Shown here: piece by piece, positions 31,700 to 59,400 of the stretch
Position numbering within the stretch: the stretch's first letter is position 1
Layout: each line of letters starts with the position of its first letter
Assembly (NCBI RefSeq): GCF_009914755.1
Contig: NC_060931.1
DNA from: the human T2T-CHM13v2.0 reference genome, Homo sapiens
Reading direction: 5' to 3' (one strand)
Length of the DNA: 64,000 nucleotides
Translations under genes and position numbers: made by a program
Notes under the pieces: model-generated
The model's database searches: none
Told to the model about the DNA's origin: nothing
The model's input: the letters and a program-made list of their open reading frames with translations, nothing else

Positions 31700-32399
31700 T
31701 AAAAATTTTTTAGAGACAGGGCATCTCCCTATGTTGCTGAGGTTGGTCTTGCACTCCTGGCCTCCAGCAATCCTCCTACCTTGGCCTCCCAAAGTGCTGG
31801 GATTAACAGGCTTGAGCCACTGCACCAAGCCCTGCCAATGTATGTTTTAAAGGGCATACTGTATTGTTCCTTCACACCCTATTCCTGCCTGGTGGGGTGC
31901 TTCCTCTCTCTGGCCACCCTGCGGTTTGTCCCGAATCTTCCCTCCTGCACAGGTGGGGAAGCCCTTCAAGGTCCACTCCACAGTTTTCTTGAGCGTGGGA
32001 CACTTTACGATCCACAGATATTTGACAGGACCCGTGAATGGAAGGAAATAAAAGATTTTTCGTTCATTTTTGCAGACACAGTCACAGGATCCCAGAGGAT
32101 GTATTTAGAATATGACATCTAAATATAATTTTCTCCTGGGTTGTTCAGAAAATTCCCATCATCTGCCATGCAGAACTGTGTAAAACCATTTTGCTCATGC
32201 AAACTCTGAACTCACTATTCTCACAGCCTCCCAAAGCCTGACCCTATCAGGCGCTCCCCTGTCTTTTTGACCAAGATTGCTTGTTTGATTTTGAACACAG
32301 TCATTTCCCAGGGAACCTGGCGATTTTCTGTCTCTTCCATTTAGGCCAACACCTTCCTTACTGCAGAAATAGGCCTTGGGGGCTCTTGCTTCCCTGTGA

Positions 32400-32753
<354 letters not shown>

Positions 32754-33278
32754 TAGCTAAGTCTTCAGGGACCCCCTCCCGTCATTGCTGTATTCCTTCT
32801 TAGCGGTTAGCAACTCAAATACACAGCCTACTGCCCCCTGACAAGGAAAGTGTGTGAACCAGGAAGACAGCCGTGGCTCCTCTGTCCTGTGTTCAAGTCC
32901 CCAAGACGACCAAGAGGAAGAGGAGGTGGCAAAGTGACAAGAGCAAAAGCACCAATACTAAGAATCTGGCCATTTCTGGATATCAAGCAGTAAACAGTTC
33001 AAAAGCTTCAAGTGCAGACCAGGTATGACGGCTCACACCTGTAATTTCAGCACTTTGGTGGCTGAGGCGGGAGGATCACTTGAGGCTAGAAGTTTGAGAC
33101 CAGCCTGGGCAACATAGCGATACCTCATCTCTACAAAAAATACAAAAATTAGCCGGGCATGGTGGTGCACACCTGTAGTCTCAGCTACTCAGGAGGCAGA
33201 GGTGGGAGGATTGCTTCAGCCAAAGATTTCGAGGCTGGAGTGAGCTGTGATTGCACCACAGCACTGCAGCCTGGGTGA

Positions 33279-33912
<634 letters not shown>

Positions 33913-34757
33913 TAAAGCCATTTTGAAAAGAGAGAGTGAGAAGTAAACGAACACACTTCCTGGCCTTGGTCCTGCTTGGAGAGGATTATCCTAGACCCGG
34001 TGGAGCAGGGCCCCCCGCCAAATCCATTAAGTCAGCAGATGCTGCTGCGTTCCAGCCTTTCCCCGGGAGGAGGAGCCGGGGGCCGCTGCGAAACTGATCA
34101 CGCAGATCCGGGTGGGCGGCCTGGAGCCCTTGAGCTACAGGGCCTGGGTGCTTCCCCGCCATGACCGTGGCCAAGGCCCGCCTGAGTGGTGGGGGCCGAG
34201 TCAGGGGCAGCCATGATAACAGCTGCTCCCAGGAGGCCCCGTCTCCCGGACAGCCACAGTATCTATCCGACAGTTCCCGTTCTGTGGGGCCCAGGCTGGA
34301 TCGATGCAGACAGTCCATCTCATTTATCGCTCCCTTAAGTACCACCCAGCAGGGCCTCCTGGGAGCCCGCTGGCCACAAGCCCTGCAGGTCACAGCCGTG
34401 GCAAATCCAGACCTCGCCCTGAACCGCAAGGAGAAAACACACTCAGCCTAAGCCCCTGCCCCTCTGGCCACGCGGCTCCCTTGTCACCGTCGAGGAAGTG
34501 TGCCCAGAAGGAGCGGCCAGGGCTTTCCTTCCTCATCTCCTGCCCAGAGCAGCCCCTTCCAGGCCACAGGCTTAGGGCCTTAGCCTGCAGGCCGAGGGCA
34601 GGCCCAGGGACACAGTGAGGGGCCTGGGCTATTTGAACAGCAGGGAGAATTTCCCATGCAGCATCGCAGAGGTAAGAGGCTCGATTCTTAGGGCTTCTTT
34701 CCAGTATTGAGGAGCTCAAGACCTGTGTCCACTCTGATTTGGTAAATCAGGGTTCTT

Positions 34758-36736
<1,979 letters not shown>

Positions 36737-36767
36737 GTTCAAATCCCAATGCCACCACGTGCCAGCT

Positions 36768-37110
36768 GGGTTAATGTCCTGCGACTGCCATGGCAAAGTA
36801 TCGCAGACTGGGTGGCTTCAACCACAGAACTTGATTCTCTCACTGTTCCGGAGGTCACAAGTCTGAGACTGAGGTGCCTGCCAGGGCCACCCATGCTCCC
36901 TCCAAGGACTCTGTGGGGATCCTTCCTGCCCCTTCCAGCTTCTCGTGGCTCCAGGATTCCTCGCTTTGAGGCTGCATTGCTCCAGGCTCTGTCTGTCTCC
37001 TCTCTGTGTCTCCGTCTTCTCCTCTGTCATTGGGTTTAAGCCCCACCCTAAATCCAATACAACCTCATCTCAAGACCCTTAACTAATTACATCTGCATTC
37101 ACCCTGTTTC
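36768..37110 (-). mobile_element. MaLR LTR (MLT1B/C-like)
   Basis: CTGGGTGGCTT...CACAGAA...CTTCCAGCTTCT...CTCATCTCAAGACCCTTAACTAATTACATCTGCA. Confidence 0.75.
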
Positions 37111-37308
37111 TTTTTCTTTTTCTTTTTTTTTTTTTTTTTTTGTGAGATGGAGTCAGGCTCTGTCACCCAGGCTGGAGTGCAATGGCGCAATTCCGGCTCA
37201 CTGCAACCTCCACCTCCAGGTTCAAGCGATTCTCCTGCCTCAGCCTCCCGAATGGCTGGGATTACAGGCACGCGCCACCAAGCCCAGCTAATTTTGTATT
37301 TTTAGTAG

Positions 37309-38984
<1,676 letters not shown>

Positions 38985-39893
38985 ACAGTCCAGAGGCATG
39001 TGCCGTCTGTTGCAGAAGAGCTGATGGAGCGGAGGGGCGGGGGGCTCTGTGGGCAGTGGGGATATTTTAGGTGGGGCTTCGTTCCCTGCCCCCAGCCCCG
39101 AACTCCAGGCCTCATCTCTCCTGATGGTGGCGAAAACGAGAACCTGACTGTGGAATTTACTATCTCTGTCCCTCGCAGTTGGTGTGGGGGCTGCCTTCTG
39201 GGGGACTCATATTTGCATAAGCCGGGGGAGGGCTTGGCTGCAAAAGAGCCACGAACGAACGAAGGATCACAAAAGCAACACAAATGCTCCGAAGCACTTA
39301 AAATAAAACCCAGCAAAGAAGCAGGCCAGTTAAGAGAAGGTGCGATTACCTAGCAGTCATTTTAAATTCACGCTCGACCCTCCAATCTTCTTAAGTGGTG
39401 GCCTGACTTTGCGTTTCAGCTGGACCTGGAATACATTCGGTATTCACTTTCCAGAAGCGACGCACCAGCCTACGGTCCCAGCTCACGTCTGGGGGAGGTA
39501 GGCACCCTTATTTCTGCGCTGTAAATGGAAAGGCTGCCGTCAGAGGTTATGTGGGAGGGTGAGAAAAAACGTGGAGGGTTTTAGCAACAGAAATGAACCA
39601 GGTGGATACAGATCCCCCAGCTATAAACACATGGCTGAGCTCAAAAGAAAGAGAGGCGAATTCTCAAATGTGAGAGCAGGAAGGCTGTCTTATGGCACGT
39701 GGGGCCAGGAGCATGGACCCCAGATCCAGGCTCTAGCTTGGGGCTGCAGTATAATATCCACTCCAGTTGAGACTTGACCTTGAATTTGTTTGAGATGCAA
39801 GAAAAGAGATGGCTCAAAATGCAAATCACTGGCCAGACACGGCAACTCACGCCTGTAATCCCAGCACTTTGGGCTGCCGAGGCAGGTGGATCA

Positions 39894-40145
<252 letters not shown>

Positions 40146-40234
40146 TCAAGAGAGATTCCTGAAGAAGACTCAGGATGTCTGGCGTATCCAGGGAGCTCAG
40201 GTGCTTGCCAGGGCCTGGGGGAGGTTGAAATGTG

Positions 40235-45290
<5,056 letters not shown>

Positions 45291-45546
45291 GTCCGGGCGC
45301 GGTGGCTCACGCCTGTAATCCCAGCACTTTGGAAGGCCGAGGCAGGCAGATCACTTGAGGTCAGGGGTTCGAGACCAGCCTGGCCAACATAGTGAAACCC
45401 CGTCTGTACTAAAGAATACAAAAACCAGGCCGGGCGCGGTGGCTCACGCCTGTAATCGCAGCACTTTGGGAGGCCGAGGCGGGCAGATCACGAGATCAGG
45501 AGATCGAGACCATCCTGGCTAACACGGTGAAACCCCGTCTCTACTA

Positions 45547-45925
<379 letters not shown>

Positions 45926-46549
45926 TTAATTAATTAATTAAACATTTCGTTTTAACAGACTTTCCTATCTCATCACCAACTCAGGGCAGTTTCTCCAGGA
46001 ACCTGGCAGGCCCCACCACAGGGAGACCCTGCTTCAATCCGCCACACCCAGGCCTTGCCTGGTGGCCACTCTCTGCAGCCCTCCCCAGGGGTCCCTGGCC
46101 CAGCTCCAGGCCTGCTCAATGTCCTGTTCCTAACACTGACATCTCACAGCGACTGAGATCCGACTACGGTCCAGGCCCCACCGGAGGTGCTTCACAGGAA
46201 TCATTTCTGCCTCACGATGGCCCTTTGAGGAGGAGGCTTTTATCGTGCCCGTTGCAAATGAGGAAACTGAGGCATGGAGAGAGGTACTAACTCACACAAT
46301 AGCAGGAGACCCTGGATGCAGCTGCAGGCAGTCGGCCCACAGAGCCTGCTCATCTCAGGCCTGCCGGCTCCTCCACCTGCCTTCTGCAGTACCCTGGGAA
46401 CCCCCCGAGGACAGGTGTCATCGGTTGCCTCATCTCACCGTCCCTGGGCCCAGCACGGATGCAGTCACACAGTGGCTGCTCACGTAAGCTGAGTGAAAGG
46501 AGTCGTGGCTGCAGGGTGCTCTGGGCCTCCACCCTAGCTCCTGCTATAG

Positions 46550-47054
<505 letters not shown>

Positions 47055-47443
47055 TAGTAGAGACAGGGTTTCACCATGTTAGCCAGGATGGTCACGATCT
47101 CCTGACCTCACGATCCGCCCGCCTCGGCCTCCCAAAGTGCTGGGATTAGAGGCGTGAGCCATTGCGCCCGGCCTCCGAGACCCCTCTTAGCAGAAGTGAT
47201 CTGGGAGCAGGAAGCACCAGAAGGGGGGTGTCCCCAAAGCAACCCTGAAGCAAGCGTGCAGGCAACCTGAGAAGGGCTGTGGGTCTGGGCAAGCCTGTTC
47301 TTTAGGCAGCTGGAGCCTCGGTGGGCAAGAGGAACTCAACCCTCTTGGGAGCCCCTGGGCTGCTGTGGCTGTCCCAACCCAGGCACCAGGAACCCCGAAT
47401 TTATCCACCAGCTGCCACCCATCATGGGTGAGGGCCGCTCCTA

Positions 47444-47881
<438 letters not shown>

Positions 47882-48018
47882 TCACGAGGTCAGGAGTTTG
47901 AGACCAGCTTGGCCGATATGGTGAAACCCTGTCTCTATTAAAAATACAAAAATTAGGCCAGGTGCTGTGGCTCACGCCTGTAATCCCAACACTTTGGGAG
48001 GCCAAGATGGGTGGATCA

Positions 48019-48395
<377 letters not shown>

Positions 48396-49581
48396 TCATT
48401 CCCTGGCCACTTGTGCCCGGTACAAACATGTCTGCCCTCCTGAGGCTGGGCCTGCTTCCTAGAGTCTGGGAGTGGAAGACATCACATGACCAGCTAGACC
48501 CCGACTCCCCAGGACCCCCTCCACCCCACCACCACAGCTCCCTGCTTGGGGCAGAGCTGAAACAACTCCCGCCCGGCCACATATGCCCTGAATCTTCCCC
48601 ACAGTTGCCAGGGCCATGGTATCCAGGAGGAGCGAGCATTCGGCCCTCACTGCACTCAGCCCTTCCTGCCTTGCCCATGCCCATGAAGATGGCCTGTTTC
48701 TCCCTCCTTGATGGGGAATGAACCTGCTGGAGACGGGCGCACCTGCTCCCAAGTTCATTGAGAGTGCCAGCGAGGCGGGGGCTTGGACCCAGACCCCTGT
48801 GCGCCGGGCCTGCGCCCCTCAAACGCAGGCTCTGAGCATGTAAGCTATTTTTGTACGCACAGCGAATGTTCATTTTCCTCCTCCGAGGCAGGGCTGTTGA
48901 ACCTTCTCTTCAGGTCAGGGACCCCTTAGAGAGTCTTATAAGAGCCACTTCCAGGGAAAAATCACGCTCGCTCGGCCGAGAGGGGCCCTGCACTCTGAGA
49001 GCCTGTGATTTCCTGAAGCGTGAAGTGTTTGGAGGAAGATTAGCCTCTCCCTCCTCCAGAGGCAGAGCTGGGAGGTGGAGGAGCCCAGCAGGGGGTTCAG
49101 TCCCAGGCTGTGGGAGCCCCTCGACCCCCGAATCTCCACCTCCTCCCCTGAGCCCTGCCTGGGTGACATCCTCCCAGGAACCAGGACAAATGGATCAGTC
49201 ACAGGGTTCCCACTTGGCCTCCCTGGGCCTGAAACGACCCCACTCATTCTAATCTCCATCCTCCGGGCTCTTGGGAAGGTGAGAAATGTCTTCTGCCTCT
49301 GAAATCTCAGAAGAAATTATTTCCACTCCAGCAGCAGGAAACCCTTTGAGGGAAGAGACGGCTCCATCAGCAAAGATGCCACAGGATGGAATTGGCCCTG
49401 GGGCGGGGGCCTGCCCAGACTCCTCCCAGGCCAGAGAGAGGTGGGCTGGGGGACAACAAGTCCCCTCCACAGGGCCCCGGTACTGCATGAGCCGGTGAAC
49501 AGGCTGCTCACGGACCAGGACCTTGTATCTGTGACCCAGCCACCAAAGGGTCCCTCAGGGCCCACACACAACCAAGCATGA

Positions 49582-50420
<839 letters not shown>

Positions 50421-50519
50421 TGACCTCAGGTGATCCACTCACTCTCACCTCGGCCTCCCAAAGTGCTGGGATTACAGGCTTGAGCCACCACACCTAGCCG
50501 ATTCTTTTTTTTTTTTTAA

Positions 50520-50678
<159 letters not shown>

Positions 50679-50693
50679 TAAAATTTTCTGTAG

Positions 50694-50840
<147 letters not shown>

Positions 50841-51589
50841 TAGGATGAACTCCGATGGTCAGAAGGGTGAGGGGCCAGAGGCAGGACCCTCCAGGCAGAG
50901 AGACCAGCCCAAGACACAAACCTGGGAAGCGTGAGGGACCAGGTCGCAGAGGGTGGGGGCCCTAAATTAGGCCAGGGGACATACCCCACATCTTGCCCAA
51001 GAGCAGCAGAGTGCCGAAGGGCTGCCGACGGGCTGGTGGGCACACGCCCGCTGTGGCCCTGGGGCTCTGGCAGCTGAATAGGTATCTGTGCCAGCCCAGT
51101 GCCCAGACCCCAGGGCCAAGCAGATGGTCACAGAGCAGTCTCTCTTCTGTGCAAGGCCAAGCCACCACCGGGTACCAGACTTCATGTGGGGGCACTCCCG
51201 AATGACCACCCATCCTTCCATCAGCCCTGGGTGGGCTTTTGCCATTTTACAAGAAATGGGAGGCTCAGAGAGGTTGAGAAATGTGATCAAAGACACACAG
51301 CATAGCCAGGGGTTGAATCCAGGACTGCTGGGACACCAGGGGAGTGGCAGTTTACAGCAGAGCACGTGTGTGTGTGTCTATTGTTGTGAGTGTCTGTGTG
51401 AGCCTGGCAGTGGCCACGGGTGTCAGAGCCGACTCCTCCCAGCTCCAAAGACGACCGTGTGCCCTGTCCCCAACTCTGACCTCATAATGATAGCTGGAAA
51501 CCGGTGGGAATGTTGACACCGTGGAAATTAGCAACTGCTACAAGTCAGAACGCTGGGCGTGTTAAACACTGACCAGTCCAGCACTGACT

Positions 51590-51940
51590 GACAAGTGCGT
51601 GCATCTGCGTGAGATTGAGTGTGTGTGGGTGCGTCTTTTTGTGTGTGTGTCTTTGTGTGTGTGTGTCTAGGTCTGTCCATCTGTGCGGCGCCTTTGTCTC
51701 CTGCTTTGCTCATCTGTCTATCCCTGTCTGAATCTGTGTGCACGCCTCTGTGTGTCTGAATGTGTCTGTGTGTGTCTGTGGCTGAGTGTGCTTCAGTGTG
51801 TGTGTGTCTTGCATGCATGTATATGTCTGTGTGTGTCTATGTGTGTGTCCAAGCACATATGCATTTGTGTGTGTGACAGCGTTTTGGGGGTGTGTGTGTG
51901 TGTGTGTGTCACTGTGTGCGTGTTCATGTGACTGTGTGTC
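51590..51940. repeat. Degenerate TG-rich simple repeat, ~350 bp
   Basis: Continuous gtgtgt/tgtgtc units. Confidence 0.9.
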
Positions 51941-53058
51941 CTCTCAAGCTGAAGATGATGGTTTCAACTGAAATTGAGGCTGACGCTCTCCACTACAAAG
52001 CTCAATTTGCTTGCAAATGTCCTTCAAGAGGCAGAGGAGACAGGAGCGGAGGGGGCGGGAGGCAGGAACCAGACAGAGGCAGCGACCGGCAGCAGAAATG
52101 ACGTCACCAGGCAGATTCCAAGAGCGCCCCAGGACCAGTGGGGTGTCACCCACCCCTAGAGGCACTGTGGATCCTAGAGGTGACTCTTGCAGGCCCCAAA
52201 CACAGCCCTTGAGAAAGCAGTCATTTGGGAGGATTCGGAGTGATAAAAATATAAAATTTGTTGCTTGCGAAAATCACTTGTGACTTAAGAGCCTGCGTCT
52301 CCCGTTGTCATGGAATTGACAATACCGTTGAGGATCAAAGGGACAAGAATGGATGAGGAGCTCTGTTTCCCACTTAACTCCTGGAAGCCTTTTCTCCCAA
52401 GCTTCGCACTCTCTCCTCCCTCTGAAGAAGACTCTAGAGGCCGTAGTGCAACCCTCCATCACTCAAAAGCTGGGACCCTCTCTGTTCTGGACAGACACCC
52501 CTTGTCAGGAAGAGCCCCTCCTCCCCCACCCCAGCCAAGTGGCTGCCATCCCGCTGCCCCACCCTCCTGGCCCCGGGCAACCATGTGACCCAAGCTGGGC
52601 CAATCAGATTCTCCCCTGGGATTTTTCACATTGAAACCAAAGGGAGAAGGGTTGGGCCCTCCCGGGAGATAAAAGTGGGTGGCTGTGTGGGTGGTGGCTG
52701 ACGCCTGTAATCCCAGCACTTTGGAAGGGCGAAGTGGGAGGATCACTTGAGGTCAGGAGTTCGAGACCAGCCTGGACAATATGGCCCATCTCATAGACTT
52801 GATGGCCAAGGCCCCAAGAGGAGGCATGACTTGCCCAAGGCCATACAGTGCAGGGTGCCGGGTGATAAAGTCCCAGAGACGCTCTCTTCCTCCTGCAGGT
52901 CAAAGCACCAGAATCCAAAACGCCCTCTGCTCCTGATGGCTCAGAAGGGAGCCACCCCATCAATTATTAAATGTCCTTAAAAGCCCAAGAAAACTGAGAT
53001 GGGACTGGATCAGAAGCCATCAGACCACTCACAACCTTTGGCTAAAAAGGAAAAATTA

Positions 53059-53411
<353 letters not shown>

Positions 53412-53931
53412 TCAGTGTTTTGGCATCCCTGGGATAACGACAAACCTCGCTTAGAACAAGATGTTGGGAGTCACAGAGTGGTTTCCAGGTAGTCCCTTTG
53501 ACATCTTGGGGGAGTGGGGAGGGTACTGTGAAATGTGACTCTCACACTCACCTCAGCTGCACAGGCAAGTGCTCCAAGACTTCACAGGTGAACTTTTAGC
53601 TAAGGACAGAGTTCTTTCCCACCCTCCCCCACATGCATATTTATTTCACCCAACAAAACCTGACTTTTACACACATTTCATAAAGCAACGCGCATTCTGC
53701 ATTCCCACGGAACGTTATATTGTGTGCATTGCTTCATCTCACCAGGCTTCCTTTTTAAGAACTTCCCTCTGCCCAGGCGTGGGTGGCTCATGGCTATAAT
53801 CCCAGCACTTTGGGAGGCCAAGGCCAGAGGATTGCTTACGTTCTTTATGTTATTTAGCCTGGGCAACATAGTGAGACCCCATCTCTACAAAAACAAAAAA
53901 TTAACCAGGCGTGGGGGTGCATGCCTGTTAG

Positions 53932-54360
<429 letters not shown>

Positions 54361-54597
54361 TAAAAATGAAATAAAATAAAGTTAATGTTGTAAACATGAA
54401 ATATGCTGCTCTCAAGAATTGATGTTCAGGCCGGGCATGGTGGCTCACGCCTGTAATCCCAGCACTTTGGGATCCTCCCAGCAGGACGATCACTTGAGCC
54501 CAGGAGTTCGAGACTAGCCCAGGCAATATGGTGAAAGCCCATCTCTACAAACCCCACAACAATTAGCCGCGTGTGGTGGCATGGACCTGTGGTCCTA

Positions 54598-54801
<204 letters not shown>

Positions 54802-55221
54802 TTACTGATGATGAAGGAGAGTATCCAAGAGTGACTCTGCACACCCGAAAAACACCCTGAGTATGTCCCATCTCCTGGCAGCTCAGCACCCTTTCTGCTC
54901 CACCCCAGGGTCTACATGGTCATCCTGGGGCCACCACCTTTTATTTGATCATAAAGTTTTTTGGTGGCTCTTGCCTCTTTGAGACACCAACAGAAAACAG
55001 CAGATTGAGATCAGGGTAATTCAAGGAGGGTTATTTGCAAAGGCATGGTTCACATGAGGGAGGACAGGGGGTCAAGAATCGCCCGGCACTACGGTGACCT
55101 GGGATAGCAGAAAAAAGAGCTGTGACCGGCTGGGCGCAGTGGCTCACGCCTGTAATCCCAGCACTTTGGGAGGCCGAGGCGGGAGGATCACAAGATCAGA
55201 AGATCGAGACCATCCTGGCTA

Positions 55222-55782
<561 letters not shown>

Positions 55783-56919
55783 GGGCTTGTTAGTCTTTGT
55801 GGGAATCAAGGAGAATTTGATGAAATCCATCAATTCCTCTTCCTGGAAACAGGTACATCCACACTCCTTCAGTTCCAAGTGGCAGAAACGCCACTCAAAC
55901 AGCTTTATGCTAAAAAGGGAATTTACTGGCCCACAGCGTAGGTGTCAGGTAAGGCTAGATCCAGGGTCTCAAGTAATGCTGCCAGGGCTCTGGCTTGATC
56001 GCTGTTCCGTTTGTCTTCATGAACTTCATTCTGCACATAGGTGCTGGGCACATGGCGGACAGGTGTCTACGGCAGCTTGATCTTATCTCCCCAAATTGAG
56101 GTGCCATAAAATAAACCCATCCAGGAAGACCTCATAAAAGTTCTAAGGAAGGCTCTGACAGGCCAGGCTCGAGCCATATGCCCTTCCCTGACCAACCTCT
56201 GTGTTCCAATGGATACTGTCCCGTGACTGGCCTCAGTGATGCTTTGGTGACTCACAGCCCTACCTCCCCCCAGGGCGGGTGGGGTGGAAGTTTCCCAAAC
56301 CAATACACACTATAGCCACTTTGGGAGGCTGAGGCGGCAGATCACGAGGTCAAGAGATCGAGACCATCCTGGCCAACATGGTGAAACCCCCCCCTCCCCC
56401 ACTAAAAATACAAAAATCAGCCCAGGCGTGGTGGTGCGCACCTGTAGTCCCAGCTGTTGTGTGCAGCCCTCCCCTAAGACACACAACAGCGCAGGGACCA
56501 CAGGCCACCACTCACCCCTTTTCTTTGCAGGTAGAGAAATGGAGCCACAGATCAAGGTCACCCAGTGAGTGAGAAGCGAAGTCTGGAGCTGAGGCAAGTT
56601 TTTCAAATTCCTCATCCAAGGCTTTCTCTTGGAAAGCCCAAAGCTTATTAAATCCTTAAAGGGCATTATCAACGAGACGTGCATTGAGTTTCCTTAATCC
56701 TGCAAGAGGATTAGGAGAATTCAGCCAAGATAAGCTCCTTCAGGGACAAACCAGCCACCTCTCACCAACCCGTGCTCTTAGCGGGCTGGGACCAGCCCCC
56801 TCAAGGAGCCTCGACCTTGGGACCCATCCCCACCTCATCAGGCTCACAGCCCATAATTATAACAACCACAGCCATGTTCAGACAGCCCAGGAAGGCTTCC
56901 AAGGGGACTGGTGTTTTTA

Positions 56920-57138
<219 letters not shown>

Positions 57139-57601
57139 CTACTCAGGGAGGCTGAGGCAGGAGAATCACTTGAACCCATGAGTTTGAGGCTGCAGTGAGC
57201 TATGATTGTGCCACTGCAGTCCAGCCAGGGAAACAGAGCAAGAGCTTGTCTCTAAAAAAAAGAAGATATGGAGGCTGGAACTTGAGGTCATACCTACCCC
57301 TAAATATACAAGGCCTGGGATGAGGGCCAAACGATGAAAGGCTCACACATCATACTTAAGAGTTATAAATCAAGCGGAAAAACTGCTAGGCAAATACATT
57401 CTGTCCATACTTTTCTTTTTTTAATTTTTATTTTAGAGACAGGGTCTTGTTATGTTGTCCAGGCTGGATTCAAACTCCTAGGCTCAAGCAATCTTCCCAC
57501 CTCGGCCTCCACCTGAGTAGCTGGGACTAGAGGCAGGCACCCAGCTCCTGTTTCATATCTTTCATTTTTTCTTTTTCTTTTCCTTTTTTTTTTTAATTTG
57601 A

Positions 57602-58039
<438 letters not shown>

Positions 58040-58052
58040 TGATGAATTTTGA

Positions 58053-58148
<96 letters not shown>

Positions 58149-58271
58149 TGAGGTGGGCAGATCACGAGGTCAAGAGATCGAGACCATCCTGGCCAACATG
58201 GTGAAACCCCGCCTCTACTAAAAATACAAAAATTAGCCAGGCATGGTGGTGCGCACCTGTAGTCCCAGCTA

Positions 58272-58566
<295 letters not shown>

Positions 58567-58983
58567 TCATGGACAAGGTGACGTGCCTCAGCCTCACCAA
58601 GGGGCCCGGTGTGGCCAGCAAAGGCCCCACGTGGGTCAATTTCCACCGAGCGGCCAGATACCCCGGGCATTTTATTGATCCTATTGACCACGGCAAATGG
58701 CCGCTGGACACCAATTCAGTGCCAGCCCCGGCTCAGGGACTGCCACACGTGGTCCATGTAACTCAGAGTTATCCTGTGCCATGGTTACCCCACGTTACAG
58801 CTGAGGCCACTGAGGCTCGGTAAGACAAAGGCTTAAAGTCTTAGGTCACACGGTTAGGAGGCGGTAAGACTCAGACTAGAAACTCTTCTTCTGTCCTGAC
58901 TAGGGGAGAAGGGCAAGGTGGGGGAAAGGACACCTGTCCCCAAGGAGCCACCCCTGAGGCCCAGCCTCCAGGGACACTGATGA

Positions 58984-59400
<417 letters not shown>

